Assembly: GCA_964564415.1 (NCBI GenBank)
Contig: CAZMAV010000009.1
Coordinates: forward strand, 80,341-144,340
Length of the DNA: 64,000 nucleotides
Source of the DNA: an uncultured Bacteroidia bacterium
GTDB taxonomy: Bacteria > Bacteroidota > Bacteroidia > J057
Direction: 5' to 3'
Part shown: piece by piece, positions 26,963-35,967 of the stretch
Position numbering within the stretch: position 1 is the stretch's first letter
How the letters are laid out: each line of letters starts with the position of its first letter
The notes under the pieces: generated by a model
Database searches by the model: none
The model's input: only the letters and a program-made list of their open reading frames with translations
Told to the model about the DNA's origin: nothing
Position numbers and translations under genes: made by a program

Positions 26963-27364
26963 ATGCGGGAGCCGCTGGTGGTCATTGTAGATGATGAAGA
27001 AGACTTGCTGGATTTGTACGAATACAACTTCGCCAAGAGGGGCTTTAGGGTAGCCACTTTCGAAAGGGCAGAGGCAGCATTTGACTTTATCCTGGAGGAA
27101 AAGCCGCAGATCATCCTCTGCGACTGGATGATGCCCGACATGGACGGACTGGAATTTTGTCGGAAAGTCAAATCCAATATTCAACTGGCTGATATTCCCT
27201 TTCTGATGGTTACCTGCCGCACTGAAAAGTCAGCTATTCGTCAAGCCCTTGCCTCCGGTGTTTCCGACTACATTTCCAAGCCTATTGGAATGGAGGATCT
27301 CATAGAAAGGGTCAATTTTATCCTGGGCTCCGATCGCTCTACCCGCACCGGAACAGATTCTTGA
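26963..27364 (+). CDS. Stand-alone response regulator receiver (CheY-like) protein
   Basis: 'LVVIVDDEEDLLDLYEYNF', 'IILCDWMMPDMDGLEFCRKVK', 'VTCRTEKSAI'. There is no output domain. The start is an alternative GTG at 26933. Confidence 0.75.
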   Translation: MREPLVVIVDDEEDLLDLYEYNFAKRGFRVATFERAEAAFDFILEEKPQIILCDWMMPDMDGLEFCRKVKSNIQLADIPFLMVTCRTEKSAIRQALASGVSDYISKPIGMEDLIERVNFILGSDRSTRTGTDS

Positions 27365-27390
27365 TTTGCCCCAATCTTTCCTAACTTGCC

Positions 27391-27825
27391 TTGGCAAATT
27401 CCAGACCTATGGCAGCATACATGTACACCCTCCCTTTTAGAATTCCCAATATCTATGGCGGTTTTGGTCAGGTAAAGGGACTGCTGAAGGTAGATAAAGA
27501 GAGCCTTTCCTTTGATTTTCAGTCTGAAGACGCCATCCTTGGCTTGCTGAAGTCTCAGCCCAGGGTCGAGCGCATACCGATGCGAGAGGTAGAATCCGCA
27601 GAGGTTAAAACCAGCCTTTTTTCACGCAAGTTGATCCTTCGCTTTTATAAGTTGGAGACCCTGGAAGCATTTCCACAAGTCTCTGGAGATAAGCGTGCCG
27701 GAGAACTGCAGCTTAGGGTCAAGCGGGGAGACAAAGAGAGGGCCCTTAAGATCGAATCCTATGTAAACCTAAGAATCTCAGAGATTCGCCTGGACAGCTT
27801 TGATCAGGACGACATGTACAGCTAG
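27391..27825 (+). CDS. Hypothetical protein immediately downstream of the response-regulator pair
   Basis: 144-aa ORF with an ATG start and no recognisable motif. Confidence 0.4.
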   Translation: MANSRPMAAYMYTLPFRIPNIYGGFGQVKGLLKVDKESLSFDFQSEDAILGLLKSQPRVERIPMREVESAEVKTSLFSRKLILRFYKLETLEAFPQVSGDKRAGELQLRVKRGDKERALKIESYVNLRISEIRLDSFDQDDMYS

Positions 27826-27863
27826 GATTCAACCTAAAAGCCTTGGCAAATTAAAGACTACAA

Positions 27864-28523
27864 TCAGGCACTGGGAGTATAAAGGCTGGGAGTGAAGCGT
27901 CGGAAGTAGGCTTTAAGGCCCTCGATCAACTCTTGAGTCTTTTCATCGGAAGGACTTTGAAGGACAAAAAAACGTTCCTCTCCATACCAAATGACAAGAT
28001 CGCCGCTCTCCGGAGACCACCATCGATACTGTTCGGGAAATGGATTGCCCTTGTGTGCATACCCTTCGAGTAGGTAGGCTCCATCCACAGAAATCCCCGT
28101 ATACCTGATCTCTCGTTCATCTGCACGAACCATCATGGCTGTATCCTCATCTACCGTAAACTGATAGTCCAGCAAAGACTGGCGATGCAGGGTATCTCCG
28201 AGATCTATGCTCATTTCGAGGGCGTAGTATTCTTTGAGTCCCCCCTCCGATTCAAAAATATTGGTGAGGCTAAGTTGCCGAAACAGAAGGCTGTCGATCG
28301 CCAGAATTCGGTTCCACTGTTTATCAGCTTTGTCCTTATTGCCCTCTGCCTCATAGCGATAGGTTTGCGCATAAGATTCATCCACCAAATCCACGACCTG
28401 CCTCATTTTCTTGTGTAGAAGTGTCTCAGGCTTTTCCAGACAAGGGGGATATGATGAAGGTTGGCAGGAGGGAAAAATAAGGGTAAATCCCAAACCTGCC
28501 CAAAGGAGGTATCTTTTGATCAT
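27864..28523 (-). CDS. Hypothetical lipoprotein
   Basis: 219 aa. Signal 'LLWAGLGFTLIFPSC'. Confidence 0.5.
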   Translation of the reverse strand: MIKRYLLWAGLGFTLIFPSCQPSSYPPCLEKPETLLHKKMRQVVDLVDESYAQTYRYEAEGNKDKADKQWNRILAIDSLLFRQLSLTNIFESEGGLKEYYALEMSIDLGDTLHRQSLLDYQFTVDEDTAMMVRADEREIRYTGISVDGAYLLEGYAHKGNPFPEQYRWWSPESGDLVIWYGEERFFVLQSPSDEKTQELIEGLKAYFRRFTPSLYTPSA

Positions 28524-29139
28524 GGTTCAAATATAGGGATTAAGAGAGGGCAGACCTAAAAGTCATGAAGGGAGTGATTATGGGTACTCCCCGATTTAAA
28601 ACGGCAGCGTTTTATACTTAAAGCAAATCGGCAATAAGGATTATCACGAATGAATGGCTAAAGCGCCGTTGGGGCTATCATAAGTAACTTGTCTTCAACT
28701 CCAAGAGCGCCATGGGTTGTATCGCAAAAAATGATTGGTATCAATTCATTAATTGATAGGGATGGGGTTATTGGTTTTTTAAGGTAGTGTATCCCAAAGT
28801 ATGGAGTAGGAATTTTTTTTATTTTTAGTATAAATAAATTTCGGAAATAATATAAAAATAAAGTTGTGTGATCAACAAGGGGACCCTTGAGGGGGTAAAT
28901 AGGCAAAATTTGATCAAATTCATGCGTTCTTTCAAAATTTTGTGAAAGTGAGAATCTCAATTTTATGTAACTGCCTCTGGTGAGCTTCGTAACCAAGAGA
29001 GTAGGACAAAAGTGATTTTCACTTTCAAACCTTTTTGAACTCCCCACCTTACGAATTTTTGAATTTGTGTCCTGTTTGGCCTGGAAGTCAGCCTGGCAGG
29101 ATTCAATCTTAACTTTCTATCTTTTTGATACCTCTTTTT

Positions 29140-29772
29140 ATGAGGTTTATATTCTTATTTTTTACTATTCTTTCACTTCCATTATTGTCATTTGCCCAAA
29201 CTCAGACCCAAAAGGGAAGCTTTATATTTGGGGGTGGTGGGGCTTTGAATGCCTCATCTTCCAACGTTAATGTAACCCAGGATGGGGAAAGTGTCAATGA
29301 GGACGGACCTCATACACTCAACCTCAACATTATCCCTGACATCGCTTACTTTTTGGCAGATAATTTTACCTTAGGTCCGGCTGCAGATTATTCTCTTCAA
29401 CGGATTTCTATCGACGATACCCGAACTACCGACGGTAATTTTTGGGCTAGGCCTATGTTAAGGGGATATTTACCCTTTGACAACAACAATGCAATCTTTC
29501 TCCACGTAGGATTAGGTTTTGGTACTTTCAACGATGACCTTATGATCGATATTGAGGTGCTGCCGTCCACGACCCACTTACTTAAGATTAGTATTGGACC
29601 GGGTCTGACACTTTTTTCCAATGGACAAGTGGGTATAGAAGTAGCTGCCCTTTATAATTTCAACCGCAGTAATGTCGCGGTCGTCGGGGATGTGATCAAC
29701 ACTCAAACCATCACAAACACCAATGAATTTGACGTACGCATAGGCGTGCCATGGTATTTGAATAGAAATTAG
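29140..29772 (+). CDS. Small outer-membrane beta-barrel (porin-family/OmpW-like) protein
   Basis: Signal 'MRFIFLFFTILSLPLLSFAQ'. Alternating hydrophobic beta-strand pattern and a C-terminal 'VPWYLNRN'. The ORF track starts at a TTG (29125). Confidence 0.55.
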   Translation: MRFIFLFFTILSLPLLSFAQTQTQKGSFIFGGGGALNASSSNVNVTQDGESVNEDGPHTLNLNIIPDIAYFLADNFTLGPAADYSLQRISIDDTRTTDGNFWARPMLRGYLPFDNNNAIFLHVGLGFGTFNDDLMIDIEVLPSTTHLLKISIGPGLTLFSNGQVGIEVAALYNFNRSNVAVVGDVINTQTITNTNEFDVRIGVPWYLNRN

Positions 29773-29899
29773 GGATAGTAGTTTAATATTCCCCTACCCA
29801 ATAAGGGGAGCCCATGCACCCAAGGGATAAAATTTCCGACCATGTTAAACCCAAAATTTTTAGACCCGACACACTTAACATTTAACAACCAACAATCTT

Positions 29900-30352
29900 A
29901 TGTTTTATATCAAAAACCTATTAAGCTATCTACTGATTTTTTCTTTTTCATTCTTCTTTTTGACTGCCTGTCAAGAACAGCAAGAGGAAAAAGAAGAGGA
30001 CCAAGTCGAAGACTTCGAAAAATTTATCGATGATGTAGAAGACCGGGTACAAAAGATGGAAAGAAATTCCAAGGAGTACACCCGCGATGCAGTCGATGAA
30101 CTTCAGAACGAGATTCAGACCCAGCAGGAGAAGATCAAGGATAATTATGCCGATCTCTCTGAGGAAGGAAAAGAGGAAATGGACGAACTTTCTGCTCGTC
30201 TGGACAAGGCCACCCGAACTTTGGAAGACAGGGTAAAAGGAAGCATCCAAAAGGCCAAGAGCCAACTTGAAGAGAGCGGTGAGAAAATGAAAGAGAAAGG
30301 AGAGGAAATGATGGAGAAGATGAAAGACAGCCTCGGCTCCGAAGATGAGTAA
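29900..30352 (+). CDS. Coiled-coil lipoprotein, highly charged (E/K-rich)
   Basis: 150 aa. Lipobox 'FFLTAC'. The remainder is E/K/D-rich and predicted helical. Confidence 0.5.
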   Translation: MFYIKNLLSYLLIFSFSFFFLTACQEQQEEKEEDQVEDFEKFIDDVEDRVQKMERNSKEYTRDAVDELQNEIQTQQEKIKDNYADLSEEGKEEMDELSARLDKATRTLEDRVKGSIQKAKSQLEESGEKMKEKGEEMMEKMKDSLGSEDE

Positions 30353-30398
30353 TCTGCTTTCTCTGTTTTTAAATTAATCCAAAAGACAGAATTACAAC

Positions 30399-30590
30399 AT
30401 GGACGACTTAAGATTAAAACTCAAAGGAAACTGGAACCTCGTCAAGGGCAAGCTTAAGCAGGCTTATTCTCAACTGACTGACGAAGATCTGGTCTACGAA
30501 GAAGGCAAAGAAGACGAACTCCTAGGCAAGCTCCAGCAAAAAACAGGAGAAGCCAAAGACAAATTGAAAAGCATGATTGACAGCTTCTAA
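30399..30590 (+). CDS. csbD: CsbD-family general stress protein
   Basis: 63 aa. '[43 protein letters not shown]' is the CsbD signature. Confidence 0.7.
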   Translation: MDDLRLKLKGNWNLVKGKLKQAYSQLTDEDLVYEEGKEDELLGKLQQKTGEAKDKLKSMIDSF

Positions 30591-30610
30591 AGTAAATAAT
30601 CACCTTCAAA

Positions 30611-30650
30611 CCAAAAGTCAGAGATCCGTTAAGGTCTTTGACTTTTTGGT
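30611..30650 (+). terminator. Imperfect hairpin followed by a T-run downstream of csbD
   Basis: ccaaaagtcagagatc-cgttaa-ggtctttgactttttgg: a 12-bp stem with two mismatches, followed by ttttt. Confidence 0.45.
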
Positions 30651-30687
30651 TCTCTGCCAAAAATTGCGGGGATGCGATTCTGGGGTG

Positions 30688-30827
30688 CGACCCTTCCAGG
30701 GTCGATCTCCACGCGGTACGCGTATTACATAGGTTGAACCCCTCTGGGGTTCATAGGGCGCACAACCTCGGAGAGGTTGCACCTTGGTAGTCTAGGGAGC
30801 ATTGATTTTTCGACCCTAGAAGGGTCG
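30688..30827. repeat. Cluster of five short GC-rich hairpins in a convergent intergenic region; the first and last share the stem cgaccc/gggtcg
   Basis: Five hairpins: cgaccc-ttcca-gggtcg (30688-30704), acgcg-gta-cgcgt (30711-30723), gaacccc-tct-ggggttc (30736-30752), caacctc-gga-gaggttg (30763-30779), cgaccct-aga-agggtcg (30811-30827). Confidence 0.5.
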
Positions 30828-30913
30828 TACTTTCTGCTCTTCCCGCTAAAATTGTCAGAGAACCGACTTTTTTTTATGGAATCAGACAGATTTTCTGAAC
30901 TTACTTTCCTGAT

Positions 30914-33088
30914 TTAGGCTTCAATGCCTATGGAGATAGGGGTCTTTTCAGAGACGCCCATGGATTTGGCTACATCGAGCACCTGGGTCAACATGGTCTT
31001 TTGACCTTCATCTTTGGTCTGCTGCATCATGCGCATGATCAGGGCTGAAATGCTCAGGTTTTTGACGTCTTCACTGCTAATGTTGAACTGGCTGATAAGG
31101 GCAGCTAGGCTTTTTGATAGGGATGGATTCCCATTGCCATTTCCGAGGAGGGAAAGCTTGAGGTCCTGGATATTTTCACTTCCATTGACCAGTTTGTCTA
31201 CAAACTTCCCTGTGGTAACGGCGTTGGATAGCCTGTCGAAGAACTCCTGCTCTCCACCCATGATGTCAATTTTGGCTGATTTGAGGGCTTGGGCAAGGAC
31301 AGTAGCCTGTGCAGCCGCAATCTCCTTCTGAATGTCGATGCGGGCAAGTTCAATGCGGGTCTCTTTTTCCAGCCTCAGCTTGAACTCCTCATGCTCTTTG
31401 CCTACCCCATCGAGCTGCTTCATGGCTTTGGCCTTGGCCTCTACACCTTTGGCGTCTGCAATGCCTTTTTCCTCGACAATCTTGGCTTCTGCCAGTCCCA
31501 TTTTCTCTTCCGCTTCCGCTTTGGCCTGGAGGACTTTGGCCTCTGCCATGCCTCGCTCGACAGCAATTTTGGCTTCTACCATGCCCTTTTTGCGGTTGGC
31601 TTCTGCCTCAGCTTCGCCTTTAAGTTCGATGCCTTTGGCTTCTGCATTATTTCTGAAATCTAAGGAGTTGGCCTCAGCTTCCCCTTCCTTTTCCCGGGCC
31701 CGGGCTTTGGCTTCGAGGACTCGGGCTTCGGCCAGTCCGATGGCGGCGTGCTCCTCGGCGGTAGCGTCGGCCATGATCTTTTTGGCTTCGGCCTCTTTGT
31801 CGGCAGCTTCGCGTGCAGCGTTGGCTTCGATGATTCGCTTTTGAGACTCAAGCTCGGCAGCATCCTTTCCGGCTTCGGCGAGTTTGACCTGCTCTACGAA
31901 TTTTTCCTGTGCCCGCTGCTCAGCATTGAGGATGGCGACTTTTTTCTCCCGCTCTGCTGTGGCGATGGATTCTGTGTCCTTCATCCGCTCCTGCTCCTCG
32001 ACCACCTCTCTCTCCACGGCTACCCGGTCGCGGATAACATCCTGTATGTTTTTGCGCTCCTCTTCCAGGGCTTTTTCCTTCTCAATTTGTGCCAGGGCTA
32101 CAATGCGCTCCCGCTCTGTAGCCTCCAATTGCCTGTCTCGCTCTACCTTTTCAGACTCTACCGCCTCTGTACGCTCCTTATTTTTCTTGGCCGCAATGAT
32201 GTCTCGAAGTTTGTTTTGCTCCTCGATATCGATCTCGCGCTCGCGAACCAGGCGAGCTTTTTCAGCCTTGGCCCTCTCTTCTTCGTCCACTCGTTTGATT
32301 TCGGCCTCCTCACGGGAGCGAATGTTGGCGATTTCTCGCTGCTGAATGGCCTCTTTTTCTTCCTGCTGCTTTTCCAATTCCAGGATAGCCTCCCTGGCTT
32401 CTACATCCTGCTTTTTTAGTTCCTTTTCTTTCTCTCGCTGAATCTTGTTGGCCAGGGTGATCTGCTTGGCCGTCAAGTCGCGGATTTTCTTGATACCCTC
32501 AGCATCAAGGATATTGTCGGCATCCAGATACTCTACTCGGGTCTGCTCAAGGTAGTCAATGGCGATGTCCTGAAGCATATAGCCGTTGAGGTCGTCTCCA
32601 ATTTCTTCCATGACCAACTGCTTGAGGCGGGAGCGGGCATTGTAGAGATCGACAAAGTTGAAATTGATGCCAACCGTCTTGACAGCCTCCGAAAAAAGGG
32701 CCTCAAAAAGAGTACGTAGCAATTCGGGGTCCGAAGCTCTCTCGCAGCCTATGGTCTGGGCCACCCGTCGGATAGACTCCTTTTCGGGATTGACACGGAC
32801 GAAAAAGACCACCTTGATATCGGCCCTCATATTGTCCTTGCATATGAGTCCATCCTTGCCCTCCCTTTCTATGACCATCTGCTTTACGCTGATATCCATG
32901 GTCTCCAAGGTGTGGAGGAGGGGAACAGCAATGATTCCTCCCATGGACACCTTTACTCCGTTGGGGCCAGTCCGCACCAGGGCCTTGCCCTGAGGAACCT
33001 TCCGATAGAAGGTAGCGATCAGGGCCAGGATGCCAAAGATGATGGCTACGGCCACGACCGCAATGACAACGAAAATATTTTCAAACAT
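30914..33088 (-). CDS. yqiK: Flotillin-like SPFH/band-7 protein (YqiK family) with a long E/A/K-rich coiled coil
   Basis: 724 aa. N-terminal TM helix plus an SPFH domain ('VKQMVIEREGKDGLICKDNMRADIKVVFFVRVNP'). The central region is made of 'AEAKxxEAKA'-type repeats. Confidence 0.8.
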   Translation of the reverse strand: MFENIFVVIAVVAVAIIFGILALIATFYRKVPQGKALVRTGPNGVKVSMGGIIAVPLLHTLETMDISVKQMVIEREGKDGLICKDNMRADIKVVFFVRVNPEKESIRRVAQTIGCERASDPELLRTLFEALFSEAVKTVGINFNFVDLYNARSRLKQLVMEEIGDDLNGYMLQDIAIDYLEQTRVEYLDADNILDAEGIKKIRDLTAKQITLANKIQREKEKELKKQDVEAREAILELEKQQEEKEAIQQREIANIRSREEAEIKRVDEEERAKAEKARLVREREIDIEEQNKLRDIIAAKKNKERTEAVESEKVERDRQLEATERERIVALAQIEKEKALEEERKNIQDVIRDRVAVEREVVEEQERMKDTESIATAEREKKVAILNAEQRAQEKFVEQVKLAEAGKDAAELESQKRIIEANAAREAADKEAEAKKIMADATAEEHAAIGLAEARVLEAKARAREKEGEAEANSLDFRNNAEAKGIELKGEAEAEANRKKGMVEAKIAVERGMAEAKVLQAKAEAEEKMGLAEAKIVEEKGIADAKGVEAKAKAMKQLDGVGKEHEEFKLRLEKETRIELARIDIQKEIAAAQATVLAQALKSAKIDIMGGEQEFFDRLSNAVTTGKFVDKLVNGSENIQDLKLSLLGNGNGNPSLSKSLAALISQFNISSEDVKNLSISALIMRMMQQTKDEGQKTMLTQVLDVAKSMGVSEKTPISIGIEA

Positions 33089-33162
33089 GTGGGTAAAAAT
33101 TGGTTGTGAGTAACAATTTATCTAAAGAATGATTCAAGCTTCTGGTACAGGGTTGAAATGGC

Positions 33163-33825
33163 TTACACATCAAAATGGGTGATGAGAAACTCATTCTTTT
33201 CTTCCCGGTATTCCACCAAGAGGACTTTTTCTCCTTTTTTATGAATTTGCTCGTCTTCAGAACGGACGTTGATCAAGAAGCTATGATCCCCATTTAGGAC
33301 CTCAGCCTGGCTTCTTTTCTGAGGGATTGCCTCCATGCGCAAGACCGCTACCTTGCCTACGAGGTCTTTGTAGCTGCTGGCCTCACGGTTGAGAGACCTA
33401 AAAATGGGCAGAAAGGGCCAGGTCAATCCTTTGGTGATAAATAGAGACAGAAAGAAGTTGGGGACAAGAATAAAGAGGCCTATCCAAGGGATGCCCTCTC
33501 CAAACATATCAAAGGCAAACATTGCCAGGGACCAAAGGGTCAAGGCCAGGAAACTAAAAAATACCATGAAGGGGACCTTGTCAAGGTTAAAAAATAACAT
33601 TCCCTTGATTAGCCAGCCCCCATCTTCGATCTCAGTATCCGCATCCACATCGACATCAACTTCGGTGTCCATGTCAAGGTCTACATCACTGTCCACTTCC
33701 ACATCCATGAAGTCCAAGTCTAGCAAACCGATAAATACGGTAATCCAATATACCAGAACTACCATCAGGAGTATGGTATAGATCAAATTGCCGGGGTGGA
33801 AGGCCGCCCGAAATAGTTCTGTCAT
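33163..33825 (-). CDS. yqiJ: NfeD/YqiJ-like membrane protein (flotillin-associated, OB-fold C-terminus)
   Basis: 220 aa. Multi-TM N-terminal half. Acidic 'DVDSDVDLDMDTEVDVDVDADTE' linker. C-terminal soluble domain. Sits directly upstream of, and co-oriented with, the flotillin gene. Confidence 0.6.
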   Translation of the reverse strand: MTELFRAAFHPGNLIYTILLMVVLVYWITVFIGLLDLDFMDVEVDSDVDLDMDTEVDVDVDADTEIEDGGWLIKGMLFFNLDKVPFMVFFSFLALTLWSLAMFAFDMFGEGIPWIGLFILVPNFFLSLFITKGLTWPFLPIFRSLNREASSYKDLVGKVAVLRMEAIPQKRSQAEVLNGDHSFLINVRSEDEQIHKKGEKVLLVEYREEKNEFLITHFDV

Positions 33826-34196
33826 GGCATTGATAATTTAACCCTGAAAATATAGTGAAATATCACAAAGTCAGCCAGAGGGAGACGCAATTTCCATTTT
33901 GTGTTTTCACCTTTTTCTGTCGAGTCGCTGTAGGAGCGGTGCCTTGGTTTGAAAATTAAGATTGGAAAAGGTCCTTCACTGTCTGATCGATACAACAAAT
34001 AGAGTTAAAGCCAAAAGATAAAGTTGGAAAAAGGAGGAGGGATGGAGAGGACAAGTATAGGAGGCTCTTGATTTGGAGATAATACAATTTTCAATAAAAT
34101 ATAGGTTTCGGGACAATAACCTCTAATTTCTTTCTTAATCTATCTTGTGGAATGCTCTTTGTACTAGGAAGGCTAGACTTTTTGCGAAAATACATC

Positions 34197-34925
34197 ATGA
34201 GCCCTTTCAAGTTTATTGCATTCCTGCTGGCCCTCTTCTGTCTACAATCCTGTGCAGAAGAAAAGGAGGCCGAGGTTTTGGATTCTGAGGTACAGGAAGA
34301 CACCCTGATAGTGGTAGGTCGAAATTTGTACGAGGTCGAGGATCAGGGGCCTCAATATGCGGTAGACCAGGCCTTCTCTCAGGGGGATTTCGATCCGGGG
34401 GATATTCCTCCCATCATCGAAAAGCAATTGGACGGGGCTTCTTTCATCAAAGGAGCTTATTGGAAGGATGGCAATGGAGACAACTACCTGGGTATCTACA
34501 AAGAAGTGGACCGCGACAAGGACCTTACACAGTTGAGGGCTTTTCATGCCGTAAACCTGGGAGGAGATAAGTTTAGGATACTAAAAATGCTCAATGATGG
34601 GATCGCCAACTGCGAATTTGACTTGATCCTCGACCTCATTCCTGCCTCTTTGACCATTACCGATATCGACTCCAATCGGTATGCAGAGGTCATCTTTGTC
34701 TATCAGATGGGCTGTATATCCGATGTCAGTCCCCTACAAGCCAAACTGATGGTATTGGAGAATGGAAATAAGTACGCCATCCGGGGCAACACCTCCCTAT
34801 CTGCTTCGGATGACCAAAAAGCTCAGATAGACAGCCTTTTGAACCAGGCCCCTATCGCGATTCAGACCTACGCCCAGGCACAGTGGGAGCGCTTTACCGA
34901 CACGACTGTGTACTACTGGAGATAG
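34197..34925 (+). CDS. Hypothetical lipoprotein
   Basis: Signal 'MSPFKFIAFLLALFCLQSCA'. The ORF track starts at an upstream ATG (34152). Confidence 0.5.
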   Translation: MSPFKFIAFLLALFCLQSCAEEKEAEVLDSEVQEDTLIVVGRNLYEVEDQGPQYAVDQAFSQGDFDPGDIPPIIEKQLDGASFIKGAYWKDGNGDNYLGIYKEVDRDKDLTQLRAFHAVNLGGDKFRILKMLNDGIANCEFDLILDLIPASLTITDIDSNRYAEVIFVYQMGCISDVSPLQAKLMVLENGNKYAIRGNTSLSASDDQKAQIDSLLNQAPIAIQTYAQAQWERFTDTTVYYWR

Positions 34926-35179
34926 CAGTTGTTGGTTAATGTAAGGATGGAGGCTTCACTTGCAGCTTAAATTGAGAATTTGAGCCTTTGCATTCCCTGA
35001 TGGAAGGAAGGCCATTTTTTATTTTGCTAAATTGATGGTAAGCCTAATGATCTGTAACAAATGCTACAGATAGAAGGTCTACTGAGTAATGTCATTCTTT
35101 TTCCCCTCGAACTCATTTAGTTTTCCTAAACCAAAGTGCTTTCCCCGGCGTTAGATTTATAACCTTTACATTAAAAAAA

Positions 35180-35935
35180 ATGAATGCTTTCAAAATCACT
35201 TCTCTTTTACTAGCGGTTTTGTACCTATTTAGCTCTTGCAAACAGGAGCTATCTGTGCTTAATGTCCAGATTGACGCAGAAGCCGGAGGTAGTCCCTGGA
35301 ATGTCGACCAGCTTTTTTCTACCAATGGAAGCGACCAGGTAAAGATCGATAAGATCAAATTTTATGTGTCAAATATCTCCCTCCGCAACGAAGAAGGAGA
35401 TGAAGTGGAGAACAGGGAAATATACCTGATCGACCTTGGTGAAGGAGAAAATCAGTTTACGATCAGCGATTTTGAAGCAGGTAATTATGACAGGCTTTGC
35501 TTCGGTATTGGTGTTCCTGAAGACTTCAATTTGCTAGACCCTGCCCAATACGAGTCCAGCCATCCCCTTAGTATTCGTCAGGGTATGCACTGGTCTTGGT
35601 CGGTAGGCTATATTTTTGCAAAAATTGAAGGAGATTGGGATAGCACAGGAACAGGTAACTTTGAAAAGCCTATCCTGTATCACACAGGTACCCAAGAGCT
35701 GTTTAAGGAAGTCTGCTTTGACGCAGCAGGATTGGCACTCTCAGATGAGTCTCCTAAGAGTGTTCGTTTGACCCTGGATGTTCCTAGTCTGTTTGTCTCA
35801 GACTCTGATTCCCTGAATTTGAGTACAGAAAACTTTTCTCATACAAGTCCTGTCGGCTCTAAAGCTTTTGAAATATCGGAAAAAGTTACCCGTCAGCTTA
35901 CTCAGGAAGCCCTTAAACTGGAATCTATCCAGTAA
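35180..35935 (+). CDS. Periplasmic lipoprotein, possible MbnP-family partner of the downstream di-haem peroxidase
   Basis: 251 aa. Lipobox 'LLAVLYLFSSC'. Its size and its position directly upstream of the di-haem cytochrome c peroxidase match MbnP/MbnH-type pairs. Contains 'GMHWSWSVGY'. Confidence 0.4.
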   Translation: MNAFKITSLLLAVLYLFSSCKQELSVLNVQIDAEAGGSPWNVDQLFSTNGSDQVKIDKIKFYVSNISLRNEEGDEVENREIYLIDLGEGENQFTISDFEAGNYDRLCFGIGVPEDFNLLDPAQYESSHPLSIRQGMHWSWSVGYIFAKIEGDWDSTGTGNFEKPILYHTGTQELFKEVCFDAAGLALSDESPKSVRLTLDVPSLFVSDSDSLNLSTENFSHTSPVGSKAFEISEKVTRQLTQEALKLESIQ

Positions 35936-35967
35936 ATGAGTATTATTTTTATAGAAAGAAGATCAGC

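Noticed and set aside
28658-29047. A 129-aa minus-strand ORF and an imperfect inverted repeat (tgaaagtgagaatc … gattttcactttca) in the 600-bp gap upstream of the small outer-membrane protein gene
   Set aside because: The ORF is in very AT-rich DNA without a signal. The inverted repeat is imperfect, with a 62-bp spacer, and is too weak to call a regulatory site without comparative data.
31289-32419. Several long + strand ORFs (124-223 aa, rich in A/S/L repeats) inside the flotillin gene
   Set aside because: They are alternative-frame readings of the repetitive GAG/GCN-rich coiled-coil coding region on the opposite strand. The minus-strand SPFH/flotillin reading is the real gene.
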